This document shows positions 27,059 through 38,974 of a stretch of DNA of 64,000 nt, piece after piece. The position numbers were made by a program, and so were the translations under genes. This DNA is from Squalus acanthias (taxonomy: Eukaryota): the NCBI GenBank assembly GCA_030390025.1, contig CM059432.1:68822001-68886000 (forward strand), in the 5' to 3' direction. The notes under the pieces are model-generated. The model had not been told where the DNA came from. It saw only the letters and a program-made list of their open reading frames with translations, and did no database searches. Numbering within the stretch: position 1 is the stretch's first letter; the number at the start of each line of letters is the position of its first letter.

Positions 27059-29110
27059 CGCATGGATTTCAAAAGATCTTCCCCCCACGGCCGCCAACCT
27101 CATAGTTCCATAACCCCACACAGCCCGCTTCTACCTCCTTCCCAAGATCCACAAACAGGACTGCCCTGGTAGACCCATTGTTTCAGCCTGTTCTTGCCCC
27201 ACGGAACTTATCTCTTCCTATCTCGACTCTATTTTTTCTCCCCTTGTCCAGTCTCTTCCCACCTACATCCGCGACTCTTCCGACGCCCTCCTCCACTTTA
27301 ACAGTTTCCAGTTTCCTGGCCCCAACCGCCTCCTTTTCACTATGGACGTACAATCCCTCTACACATCCATCCCCCACCAGGATGGCCTGAGGGCACTCTG
27401 CTTCTTCCTTGAACAGAGGCCCAACCAGTCCCCATCCACCACCACCCTCCTCCGCCTGGCTGAACTTGTTCTCACATTGAACAACTTCTCCTTTGACTCC
27501 ACTCATTTCCTCCAAATCAAAGGTGTTGCTATGGGTACCGCATGGGTCCTAGCTATGCCTGCCTTTTCGTGGGATATGTGGAACACTCTTTGTTCTAGTC
27601 CTACTCAGGTCCCCTCCCTCACCTCTTTTTCCGGTACACTGATGACTGTATCGGTGCCGTTTCCTGCTCTCGCCCTGAACTAGATAATTTCATTCACTTT
27701 GCTTCCAATTTCCACCCTTCCCTCACCTTCACATGGTCCATCTCCGACTCTTCCCTTCCCTTCCTAGACTTCTCCGTATCCATCTCTGGGGATAGGTTAT
27801 TGACAAACATTCACTACAAGCCCACTGACTCCCACAGCTACCTGGACTACACTTCCTCCCACCCCGCTCCTGTAAGGGCTCTATTCCATTCTCCCAGTTT
27901 CTCCGTCTCCGCCGCATCTGCTCTGACGATGCCACCTTCCATACCAGTGCTTCTGACATGTCTTCCTTTTTCCTCAACCGAGGATTCCCCACTACTGTGG
28001 TTGACACGGCCCTCGACCGTGTCCGTTCTATCTCCCGCACTTCTACCCTCACCCCTGCCCCTCCCTCCCGGAACCACGATAGAGTTCTCCTTGTCCTCAC
28101 CTTTCACCCCACCAGCGTCCACATTCAATGGATCATCCTCCGCCATTTCCGCACCTCCAGCGTGATCCCACCACCAAATGCATCTTCCCCTCACCTCCCC
28201 TTTCAGCATTCCATAGGGACCGCTCCCTCCGCGACACCCTAGTCCACTCCTCTACCACCCCCAGCACCCCTTCCCCTTCGCCCAGCACCTTCCCGTGCAA
28301 GCGCAGGAGATGCAACACATGCCCTTTTACCTCCCCCCTTCCCACTGTCCTGGGCCCCAAACACCCCTTCCAGGTGAAACAGCAATTTACTTGTACTTCT
28401 TGCAATTTAGTATACTGTATTCGCTGCTCACGATGTGGTCTTTTCTACATTGGGGAGACCAAACGCAGATTGGGTGACCGCTTTGCGGAACACCTCCATT
28501 CAGTCCGTAAGGGGGACCCCGAGCTTCCGGTTGCCTGTCACTTTAATTCACCACTCCATTCCCACTCAGACCTCACTGTCCTCGGCCTCTTGCATTGTTC
28601 CACGGATGCTCAGCGTAAGCTCGAGTAACAGCACCTCATCTTTCGATTCGGCACTCTACAGCCCTCTGGACTCAACATAGAGTTCAACAATTTCAGATCA
28701 TAACCTCGGCCCCTATCACATATATATATTTTTTATCCACACTTTTTGTTTGTGCCTTTTTTTCTTCCCTCCCACATGGCAGCTGTCTTCATTCTGCCAG
28801 CACAATTTACACTTCATCTAGAGCCATCCTTTGTTCCTTAACCTGTCCCATTACCATCTCCTCTTGCCTTGAATATCTCTTAATGCCTCTTTACTTCTCC
28901 TGCCTTCTATCCTATCACTGACCTTCCCTTTTGTTCTTTCATCCCCTCCCCCATTTCCCAGCCCCTATACTTGCTTTAAAATCTGTTCCCTTTCCTGCTT
29001 TTTTCCAGTTCTGACGAAAGGCCTTTGACCTGAAACGTTAACTCTGTTTCTCTCTCCACGGATGCTGCCTGGCCTGTTGAGTTTTTCCAGCGTTTTCTGT
29101 TGTTATTTCT
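27059..29110 (+). mobile_element. 5'-truncated Penelope-like element (RT + GIY-YIG, frameshifted)
   Basis: FYLLPKIHK, TMDVQSLYTSIPH, QIKGVAMGT, CKRRRCNTC, VYCIRCSRCGLFYIGETKR; TSD GAATATTC (27051-27058, 29111-29118). Confidence 0.92.
29007..29043 (+). ncRNA. Minimal hammerhead ribozyme motif (second PLE family)
   Basis: AGTT-CTGACGA-AAGGCCTTTGACCT-GAAAC-GTT-AACT; helix I AGTT/AACT, palindromic AACGTT in place of helix III. Confidence 0.7.
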
Positions 29111-31369
29111 GAATATTCATTACTATGGTTTTGGTTTCTAGATGTTCTTCTATTTTATCCTTTAGTAGGGATTCCATTATTTTTCCTACCACCGATGTGT
29201 CTATAATTCCCTGGACATATTCTATCCCCCTTCTTAAATATAGGTATTATGTTGACTATCTGCCAGTCCTCTGGCATTACACTTTTTTCTAATGAATTAT
29301 TAAATATGTGTAGTAATGCCTCTGCTATCTCTTCCCTAGATTTTTTTAAAATGCGTGGATGCAATCCAAGTGTTTTATCCTCTTTGAATTTGATTAGTTT
29401 ATTTAATATAGCCCCTCTTTTTATTTTAAATGCACTTATCTCATTACTAATCTCAGCATCCAATGTCGTGTCCACCTGTTCTATCTCCCTGGTAAATTCT
29501 GAAGCAAAATAATTATTTAATATTTCTGTCATCTCTCTATCATTACCTGTGGTATTATCCTGTCTATCCCTTAATGGCCCTATTCCCATCCCAACCTTCC
29601 TTTTTTTATTGATGTGCCTTTAAAATATTTTATTTTTTTGTTTTATGTTCCTTGATAATTTAATTTCATAGTTCCTCTTTGCCTTCCTAATTATTTTTTT
29701 TGACTTCTTTCCTAATCTCTTCATATTCTCCCTTATCATGCACTCCCCTGCTGTCTATGTACTTAATGTATGCCTCTTTCCTTACCCTCAATTGTTCCCT
29801 TATGGCTTTATTCATCCATGGAGTCTCATTAGTGTTTAGTTTGTTCTTTCCTTTTAGCGGAATATATTGTTCCTGCACTCTGTTGAACACCGTTTTAAAT
29901 GTTTCCCATTGCTGTTCTACATCATTGTTTGCCAATATTGTTGCCCATTTTATTTTCCCAAATTCTATTCTCAGCCCCATAAAATCAGCTTTTCTCCAAT
30001 CTATTACCCTGGTTTTCATCATACTTATGTCCTTCTCAATTATCATCTTAAAGCGTATTATATTATGGTCACTATTGCCTAGATGTTCCCCTAATTTTAC
30101 TTCTCTTATCTGCTCAGGTTCATTCCCCATTACTAGATCCAATAGCGAATCCTCCCTTGTTGGGCTTTTTACATATTGGGTTAGAAAGGAGTCCTGTACA
30201 CATTGTAAGAACTCCATTCCCTTATTCCCTTTACCTACCTCTTCTGTCCAATTAATATCGGGGTAGTTGAAATTCCCCCATGATTATTATTCTTTGTTTT
30301 TTTACTCATTTCCCAGGTGTAGGGCCTGCTTTCATCAGCGTAAGGGTATATATAAGCCTTAAAATAAACATTTAAAAATCAAAAATGATGCACATACACT
30401 TTAAATTAGTTTATGCAGATATTGGCCTGGATTAAGATGTTTAAAATTATTTATCAAAAAATTAATTTTTTATTGTATTTGGTGTAATAAAGGGGCTAAT
30501 GAATAAAATTGAAATTCAAACATTTATATTTATTAGAATTCTGCACATTGTTTAATTATTTGGGGATTCCATTGCATGTCATTAGGGGATTCCCTTCATA
30601 AATGACTGCAATGAAATCCTCCTTTGTGATTGGAGGACTGGACCCACGTGATCCCAGGAATGCTTCCGAACCGCCTGCATCCCTGGGATCTGTGGGCCTT
30701 TATGCAGATGTCCGCCTGGGGGCCTGAGACCGGAACTCTCTGCAGCCTGGACACATGGAGGTAAGTTCAGATTTGTTTCGCGGGTCGGAGGCGTACTCTG
30801 GAGGTACGCCTCTAACCGCAATTTCTAGCTCACTGTATTTGTGCGGTAGAGACGAACTAAACTCGCCACAGAAAATTAAGCCTTGTCCGTTTCAGTCTAA
30901 GTAACCTTTTAATGATATTCGTGTTAATTACTGCCAAACAAGCTCTCTGGCACTGAAAATTCCCTATTATAAATGTGGAGTTTAATTCCTTTAGGTATTA
31001 GTTGTTGGCGATTATAAAAATGTCAAATTTAATATTTTCTTAACCTTTCCCTTTCTGTCTCCTTTTTGTCTCTCTCTCTTAATCCAAACTTTCTTTCCCT
31101 CTCTGTAACTGATTTGACATTGAAGTCACACACTCTCTTCAGAGGATGACAAAAACTAAGCAAGATGTACGAATTACAATTCTTCTGTCGGAGTTTCTCT
31201 TCAAGCACCAGGCCTTAAATGTTTTCTGTTATAGCATTTCATCTTTCTCTTGTAATTTTCATTGTTAAACATTCTGATTGCTGACAATAATAATCATCTC
31301 AAATGTTGCACCATTTTCTTAATGACAGCTTGCAGAAGTTGAGACATATTGTGCTTTCTGAAAATGTAA

Positions 31370-31740
31370 AGAAGAAAGAATTTGCATTTATATAGCACTC
31401 TTCACTTCCTCAGGACATTCCCAAAGCATTTCACATTAGTTAATTAATTAATTAATTTTTGAAGTGTAGCTACTGTGGTTATGTAGGCAAATGCAGCAAC
31501 CAATTTGCACACAGCAAGGTCCCATTAACACAGCTCAGTCGAATGACCAGTTAATCTGTTTAGGTGGTGTTGGTTGAGGGAAGAATGTTGGTTAGTGCAC
31601 CAAGAGAACTCCCCTGTTCTTCTAAGGTAAAGTGCTATGGGAACTTTTACGTCCATCTCCACAGGCAGAAGATGGCTTGGCTTTAACGTCTCAGCTGAAA
31701 GATGGCATCTCTGAGAATGCAGCCCTCCTTCAGTTTTCAG
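31370..31740 (-). mobile_element. DeuSINE-like SINE, decayed
   Basis: Reverse complement of the SINE body and tail. Confidence 0.78.
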
Positions 31741-32460
31741 AGGCCAGGATGCTACCACCAAAGGGTAATTCTTTGATCTAGCACTCCCAAAGTGGGGATT
31801 GGTTCTTGCAGGGATGGCACCATGGGAAATTGCTGCACAGCCTGTGATTTTTCACCATTAAGAGGCAGAGGTCCAGAAATTCCACAAATGTTGTTCTGGT
31901 CTTCTGCTGTAAATTTGGTGGATTCCCCAGAAAAATGGAGTAAATGGCTGTTTTCAATTATTTATTCTGTTTCTCTCGGTGAAGTTACTGCCCGAGACCA
32001 GAAGAACCCTATGGAATTTCAGGGCCAGAATATCATCTGTAATTTCCTGAGATGCACTCTCTACAAGTGCTGCTCCCGACTGAGTACCAGCTCATGGAGT
32101 CACTCTTATAATATTAATTCATGTGTGTATTTCCCTCCCCCAGTGATCACTCCTTTCCCAATGGTGCTGACTCATGTGAGGTATTTTTCCGTGGGTGCGG
32201 ACTGTACTTTGCTAATCTTTATGTGTGAGTCTAATGTTATCAGGCTATTTGATTCTAGAGGATCACAACTGAGCCTAATCCTGTCCTCAACCAAGTTCCA
32301 TACTTTCCAGTGAGAATCACTAGATTGCCATCAGGAGCAGGAACACTGGCTTATTTTTATCCCTCCGTATCCTGGCATTACTGAAGCCAATTGCAGTACT
32401 GTCACCCTGCCTGAGACCAACTAATGAGGATTTAACTTGGAACATTCCTGGTTATATATA

Positions 32461-32703
32461 GGCCAGACTGGGTAAGGACGGCAGATTTCCTTCCCTAAAG
32501 GACATTAGCGAACCAGATGGGTTTTTACGACAGTCCGGTAGTTTCACGGTCACCATTACTGATACTAGCTTTTTATTCCAGATTCATTTAATTAACTGAA
32601 TTTAAATTCCCAGCTGCTGTGGTGGGATGTGAACTCATGTCTCTGAATCATTGGTCCAGGCCTCTGAATTACTAGTCCAGTAACATAACCACTATGCTAC
32701 CGT
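32461..32703 (-). mobile_element. tRNA-derived SINE of a second family
   Basis: Minus strand begins ACGGTAGCATAGTGGTT (A box) ... GAGTTCACATCCC (B box). Confidence 0.65.
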
Positions 32704-34134
32704 ACTTACTGAAGAAAGTGAAATAGAAGTGACTGAGGGGGAACATGCAATATTGAGGGAAATTCATAAATACTAAATTTTGGCAAAATCACAAACCAAA
32801 TGAAAACCAGAAATATGCAGGAAGAACATGTGAGTGAACCCTTGGCCAATCAAGATAATAATATCTGTGTTCTATTATAAGTAAGAATTTACAGATAAGT
32901 TTACTTGGGGGTCACACTAAAGAATTTAAACTATTGATTCCTTTTAACAAGGAGACTGAGGAGGGTTGTACTGGGAATTTTGAGCTTAGAATTGAAATAG
33001 TAATAGGCACTCTGTGATGGTTCACATTTCTGAAAATGTTTTTTTTAAATGAATGCTAATAACAGCAGATTGTAATGATGGGGTAGTGTATGGCTTCCTA
33101 TTTAAAAAATATCTAACAGTGGTATAGCACTGTAATGTACCAACTCTGAAAGAGAACTCCAGCATTGTAATATCATTTAAATTTTGGAACAGGCCTTTAA
33201 GTCTGTTACAGAAAATCCCACAGGCAAACCTCAAGAATAGGCCACATCCTAATGGCTACTTTTGAATAGCCATTGATATACAATTACTCCTCTCAAACTC
33301 ACAAATACTTTTCTAAATCCATTGATACTTTTAGCAGGAATTCCTACATAAAGATGTGCTAAAGTGCAATATAATTATGTTTTTAAAAAGTGCAGCAACA
33401 AAGTAATGATATGTACATTGCATGTTATGAATGTAATTGATGTCAGTATGTTGTAATGCTGCCTTTCTCCTGTGTAAAAGTTGGACAATTTCAGATTCTT
33501 CAGTAATACATTGGTAGCACCTTGAATATGCAAATGTTAATCTGAGAAAATTGGCATGTTACTATTTGGAAATGTAAGAACCAAAACCACTAACCTGTGA
33601 CTAAAATACACATAATCTACCAGGTCTGAAAAGATATTAACTTAAACTGGGCACTACTGTTATTAGACCCTTAACAGGATAGTCTTTCATAGAATAAGTA
33701 GAGGTCTGCACTATTACAAATCTGAATGTTATTTTGTCACTTTAGGCTAACAGGGAAAATAAGTCTTGGATAACTTTATATGTAAGCCAAATACTTAGCT
33801 GTAGTTGTAATAGCTACATATGCATACACCATCATTAGAAGGAATGGGTAATGCTTATAGCCACACTGGCCTGAATGATAAATGATGGAATTTGGGCCAG
33901 AGGGTGGAAATCTGGAAGATCTGAGTTCTGTCCCAAATTCTGCCACCCTCACTCACAGGTGATCTGCCCCACGTCCCCTTTCACACCCCACTGGAATTTC
34001 AGGCTCTGACTTTTGAAAATCAGCAGATAAAACAGAAGTAATTTCCCACTGAAGTTCATCAGTCTCACAAAATAAAAACTGAAAATGCTGGAGACACTCA
34101 GCAGGTCAGGCAGCATCTGTGAAGAGAGAAACAG

Positions 34135-34171
34135 AGTTAAAGTTTCAGGTCGATGACCTTTCATCAGAACT
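34135..34171 (-). ncRNA. Minimal hammerhead ribozyme motif, one substitution next to the cleavage site
   Basis: rc AGTT-CTGATGA-AAGGTCATCGACCT-GAAAC-TTT-AACT (GTT changed to TTT). Confidence 0.6.
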
Positions 34172-36412
34172 GGAAAAAAGCAGGAAATGGAACAGATTTT
34201 TCAGCAAGTGTAGTGTCTGGGAAATGGGGGAGGGGATGAAAGAACAAAAGGGAAGGTCTGTGATAGGATAGAAGGCAGGAGAGATTAAGAGACATTGAGA
34301 GACACAAAGAGATATTCAAGGCAAAAGGAGATGGTAATGGGAGAGATTAAGAAACAAAGGATGGCTCTAGATGAAGTGTAAATTGCGCTGGCAGAATGAA
34401 AGACAGCTGCCATGTGGGAGAGAAGAACAGAAGTCCAAACAAAAAGTTTGGATAAAATATATATATATATGATAGGGGCCGGGGATATGATCTGAAATTG
34501 TTGAACTCTATGTTGAGTCCAGAAGGCTGTAAAGTGCCTAATCGAAAGATGAGGTGCTGTTCCTCGAGCTTACGCTGAGCTTCCGTGGAACAATGCAAGA
34601 GGCCAAGGACGGTGAGGTCTGAATGGGAGTGGAGCGGAGAATTAAAGTGACAGGCGACCAGAAGCTCGGGGTCCCCCTTACGGACTGAACGGAGGTGTTC
34701 CGCAAAGCAATCACCCAATCTGCGTTTGGTCTCCCCAATGTAGAGGAGACTGCATCATGAGCAGCGAATACAGTATACTAAATTGCAAGAAGTACAAGTA
34801 AATCGCTGTTTCACCTGGAAGGGGTGTTTGGGGCCCTGGACAGTGGGAAGTGGGGAGGTATAAGGGCATGTGTTGCATCTCCTGCGCTTGCAGGGGAAGG
34901 TGCCGGGCGAAGGGGAAGGGGTGTTGGGGGTGATAGAGGAGTGGACTCCGGTGTCGCGGAGGGAGCGGTCCCTACGGAATGCCGAAAGGGGAGGTGAGGG
35001 GAAGATGCATTTGGTGGTGGGATCACGCTGGAGGTGGCGGAAATGGCGGAGGATGATCCGCTGAATGTGGAGGCTGGTGGGGTGAAAGGTGAGGACAAGG
35101 GGAACTCTATCGTGGTTCCGGGAAGGAGGGGCAGGGGTGAGGGCAGAAGTGCGGGAGATAGAACGGACACGGTTAAGGGCCGTGTCAACCACTGTAGAGG
35201 GGAATCCTCGGTTGAGGAAAAAGGAAGACATGTCAGAAGCACTGGTATGGAAGGTGGCATCGTCAGAGCAGATGCGGTGGAGACAGAGAAACTGGGAGAA
35301 TGGAATAGAGTCCTTACAGGAGTCGGGGTGGGAGGAAATGTAGTCCAGGTAGCTGTGGGAGTCAGTGGGCTTGTAGTGAATGTTTGTCAATAACCTATCC
35401 CCAGAGATGGAGACGAAGAAGTCGAGGAAGGGAAGGGAAGAGTCAGGAGATGGACCATGTGAAGGTGAGGGAAGGGTGGAAATTGGAAGCAAACTGAATG
35501 AAATTATCTAGTTCAGGGCGAGAGCAGGAAACGGCACCGATACAGTCATCAATGTACCGGAAAAAGAGGTGAGGGAGGGGACCTGAGTAGGACTGGAACA
35601 AAGAATGTTCCACATATCCCACAAAAAGGCAGGCATAGCTAGGACCCATGAGGGTTCCCATAGCAACACCTTTGATTTGGAGGAAGTGAATGGAGTCAAA
35701 GGAGAAGTTGTTCAATGTGAGAACAAGTTCAGCCAGGCGGAGGAGGGTGGTGGTGGATGGGGACTGGTTGGGCCTCTGTTCAAGGAAGAAGCGGAGGGCC
35801 CTCAGGCCATCCTGATGGGGGATGGAGGTGTAGAGGGATTGTACGTCCATAGTGAAAAGGAGGTGGTTGGGGCCAGGAAACTGGAACACCTCTGTTCAGT
35901 CTGTAAGGGGGACCCCGAGCTTCCGGTCGCCTGTCACTTTAATTCACCGCTCCACTCCCACTCAGACCGCACCGTCCTCGGCCTCTTGCATTGTTCCACG
36001 GAAGTGCAGCGTAAGCTCGAGGAACAGCACCTCATCTTTCGATTAGGCACTTTAAAGCCTTCTGGACTCAACATAGAGTTCAACAATTTCAGATCATATC
36101 CCCGGCCCCTCTCATATATCTATATTTTTTATCCACACTTTTTGTTTGGCCTTCTGTTCTTCTCCCCCACATGGCAGCTGTCTTTCATTCTGCCAGCACA
36201 ATTTACACTTCATCTAGAGCCATCCTTTGTTTCTTAACCTGTCCCATTACCATCTCCTTTTGCCTTGAATATCTCTTAATGTCTCTCAATGTCTCTTAAT
36301 CTCTCCTGCCTTCTATCCTATCACAGACCTTCCCTTTTGTTCTTTCATCCCCTCCCCCATTTCCCAGACACCACACTTGCTTAAAAATCTGTTCCATTTC
36401 CTGCTTTTTTCC

Positions 36413-36448
36413 AGTTCTGACGAAAGGTCTCGACCTGAAACGTTAACT
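36413..36448 (+). ncRNA. Minimal hammerhead ribozyme motif
   Basis: AGTT-CTGACGA-AAGGTCTCGACCT-GAAAC-GTT-AACT. Confidence 0.72.
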
Positions 36449-37851
36449 CTGTTCTCTTTTCACAGATGCTGCCTGACCTGCTGAGTGTCTCTAGCATTTT
36501 CAGTTTTTATTTCAGATTTCCAGCATCTGCAGTATTTTCTTTTTGTATCAGTCTTACTTCCAGCTATCTGATTAAAACTGCTTTTATATTGCACGAGGCC
36601 TGTGCTAGTGGCACTGGCTGCTAATAGCTCTTCCTGGCTACTGGCCTTAATGAATCCCGGCAAGTTTATTTTTGGACTGCAGCAAGCCACATGAGACCTG
36701 CATGTCAGAAGCTGACACCACTGGCACAGATCTTGGCAATAAAAAAAAATCTTACGGATCAAAAGATCCATTGCACTTGTTATTAAGTTCCAGCACATTG
36801 TAATTATAATTTTGGCTTCACAGCAAAGCAAAATGTGTGGTATGACTTGGGTGTGAAGTTATCGGGCTGATGGTGATTCACATATTAGCAAATGGTGTGA
36901 GACTACTTTGAGGGGTTAGTCTCACACTGTTTCTGATTCACACTGGCTGCAGTAAAAGTGCAATTTAATCAAATAATTACTTTAAAAAACAAGACTTGAA
37001 TTTATATATTGTCTTATGACGTTGTCAGAACATCTCAAAGTGCTTTACACAATGGATTTGTTTTCTTCTAGACTTCGCTGAAAAGTGCAAGTACATTACT
37101 CAAACCCTTCATGCCACACAGTCCTCTTCATTATTACAAATTCTAGCATAGTCTGGCATAAATGAGCACAAGGGAAACTATCGGCCAATCTATAGTGTCC
37201 GGGAGATCTGGAGATTGAAATACAGCTCTGACACTAGAACAAGAGGTGGAATGTATAATATTCTGGGAATTTCAGGGCACAACTTGACCAAGTTTTCATC
37301 ACGATCAGAGTGCAAATTAAATCTGAAAAATGTAGGTGAGGCTATGTACATATTAATGGTAATGTTGGCAATCTGAGATAACAACAGTCACGTTCTATTA
37401 CAGTAAATCATTTTATTGATTAAGTTTAGTTGGGCATCACATTGAATAATTTTAAAAATGCTTCACGTATTGATTTTCCCTAGTGAATGAGACTGAGAGG
37501 AATGTAATGGCAATCAAATCATTAAAATAGCAGTTAACATACTTTGATAGTTCCCACCCTTAAAATTGTTTAAAAAAAATTGGTTGCAATCATAACAAAT
37601 CAAATACCGATGTCATGTTTAGCTTCCTGTTTAATAATGCTGATCAGTATTATGAACAATGTGATGTACCTGCTCTGAGGGAAAGGTTCAGATTGTAAAG
37701 CATCTTAATTTTTAAGTCATAATCCAACTCTTATGGATATCAAACCTGTGGTGAGCGATGACATGTATTACAGACCAGGTAAAGAGAAATTCAAGAGCCA
37801 TGTTGCACAGCAAGTACTTGTAGGAGAAAAATCTCTAGATATCATGTTTTT

Positions 37852-38090
37852 ATTAGGGGTTACGGGGAGCGGACAGGAAATTGGACATGAGGCTGAGTTC
37901 GGATCGGTCGAGGCCCTGTGGGTGGCATAGCGGGCCCAGGGGCTGAGTGGCCGGGTCCTGCTCCTACTTCTTGTGTTCTTTAGATTTGAGGTGAGGATCA
38001 GATCAGCCATGATCTTATTGAATGGCGGAGCAGGCTCGAAGGGCCGATTGGCCTACTCCTGCTCCTATTTCTTATGTTCTTATGTTCTTA
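37852..38090 (+). mobile_element. CR1 3' UTR fragment with two tandem 3'-end motifs
   Basis: TCCTGCTCCTACTTCTTGTGTTCTT (~37956-37980) and again TCCTGCTCCTATTTCTTATGTTCTTATG (~38057-38090). Confidence 0.8.
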
Positions 38091-38267
38091 TATCCTGTAG
38101 TCTAGGCTTTGTATAAAGCTATGTGTTTGCCAGCTCTGGGATTATTCTATAAGAGTTCTTATTCCATACTCAAGCTATCCAGACATGCCAGGTAACTGCA
38201 CACAGCTTGCCTGTCAAACTGCATTACTTGATACTGTGATTTCAATCCCAGTACCAGCAGGCATTGT

Positions 38268-38490
38268 CATAGAGTCACAGTCATACGTCACAGAAGGAGG
38301 CCATTTGGCCCATCGAGTCCGTGCCGGCTCTCTGTCGAGCAATCCAGTCAGTCCCATTCCCCTGCTCTATCCCCATAGCCCTGCAAGTTTATTTCCCTCA
38401 AGTGCCTATCCAGTCTCCCCTTGAAAACATTGAGTGTCTCCGCTTCCACCACTTCCGTCGGCAGCGAGTTCCAGGTCCTCACCACGCACT
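38268..38490 (-). mobile_element. CR1 3' end fragment
   Basis: Reverse complement of the 21640-21860-type 3' end; TCATAGAGTCACAGTCATA tail. Confidence 0.75.
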
Positions 38491-38974
38491 GCGCCACTCA
38501 TTGCTCTTTCTTTTATGTTGCAGCTGAAGTGGGATGAGAGATGACTTCCTTAAAGTGGTCTCACACGCCTTAAAAACATATGAATCACTGTCCCCAGAAT
38601 AAAACTTGCCAAAAGCAATTTTCTTTCTCTAAATTTTTCATTATAGATGAATAAAGCAAAAAAGGTCAAGTTCAATCATTGTTGAACTGAATATGCTGTA
38701 TATTAAGGTACATGAATATCAGCTAATTGTCAACTGACTGAAATAGTAATTTACAATAGGGTGTTTTACAAGTAACCAATTAAAGCTCCAAATAGTTCAG
38801 CACCTAACAACTATTAACCAATCAAAAGTACAGTAGGTCATATATCAAAATTATATTCTGAAAGCACTATGAAAATAATCCTGATCATTATGAGTTGGAG
38901 CACCCAAGAGTAAGTTTATATATTTTGCATCAGAACAAATAAATAGAATTGTTCCTTCAAACAATACTTTTCAG

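Larger units (their letters stand above)
25767..30316 (-). mobile_element. CR1 LINE (APE endonuclease C-terminus to 3' tail), interrupted by a PLE
   Basis: ORFs 29687..30217 (PTREDSLLDLV..LGNSDHNII), 29155..29589, 26458..27072 (RT, FADD), 25876..26271; CCTATG-type tail. Confidence 0.92.
25531..30831. mobile_element. Harbinger-type MITE interrupted by CR1
   Basis: TIRs GGGGCAGAAATTGTGGT / rc GAGCTAGAAATTGCGGT; exact TSD ACT (25528-25530, 30832-30834). Confidence 0.7.
25312..31140. mobile_element. Outer MITE (right end uncertain), interrupted at 25530
   Basis: Starts GGCTCATAAATT; sequence resuming after 30834 resembles the interior of the MITE at 7140-7440. Confidence 0.45.
34069..36546. mobile_element. 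Penelope-like element with inverted duplication (minus arm 34069-35882, plus arm 35883-36546)
   Basis: RT (MDVQSLYTSIPH, FRYIDD) and GIY-YIG on minus strand; 3' ~630 bp repeated on plus strand; TSD ATCAGTCTCAC / ATCAGTCTTAC. Confidence 0.92.

Noticed and set aside
32150..32460. Possible ancient SINE (similar pieces near 14190-14390, 20050-20165, 42050-42180)
   Set aside because: Too diverged to assign family or boundaries
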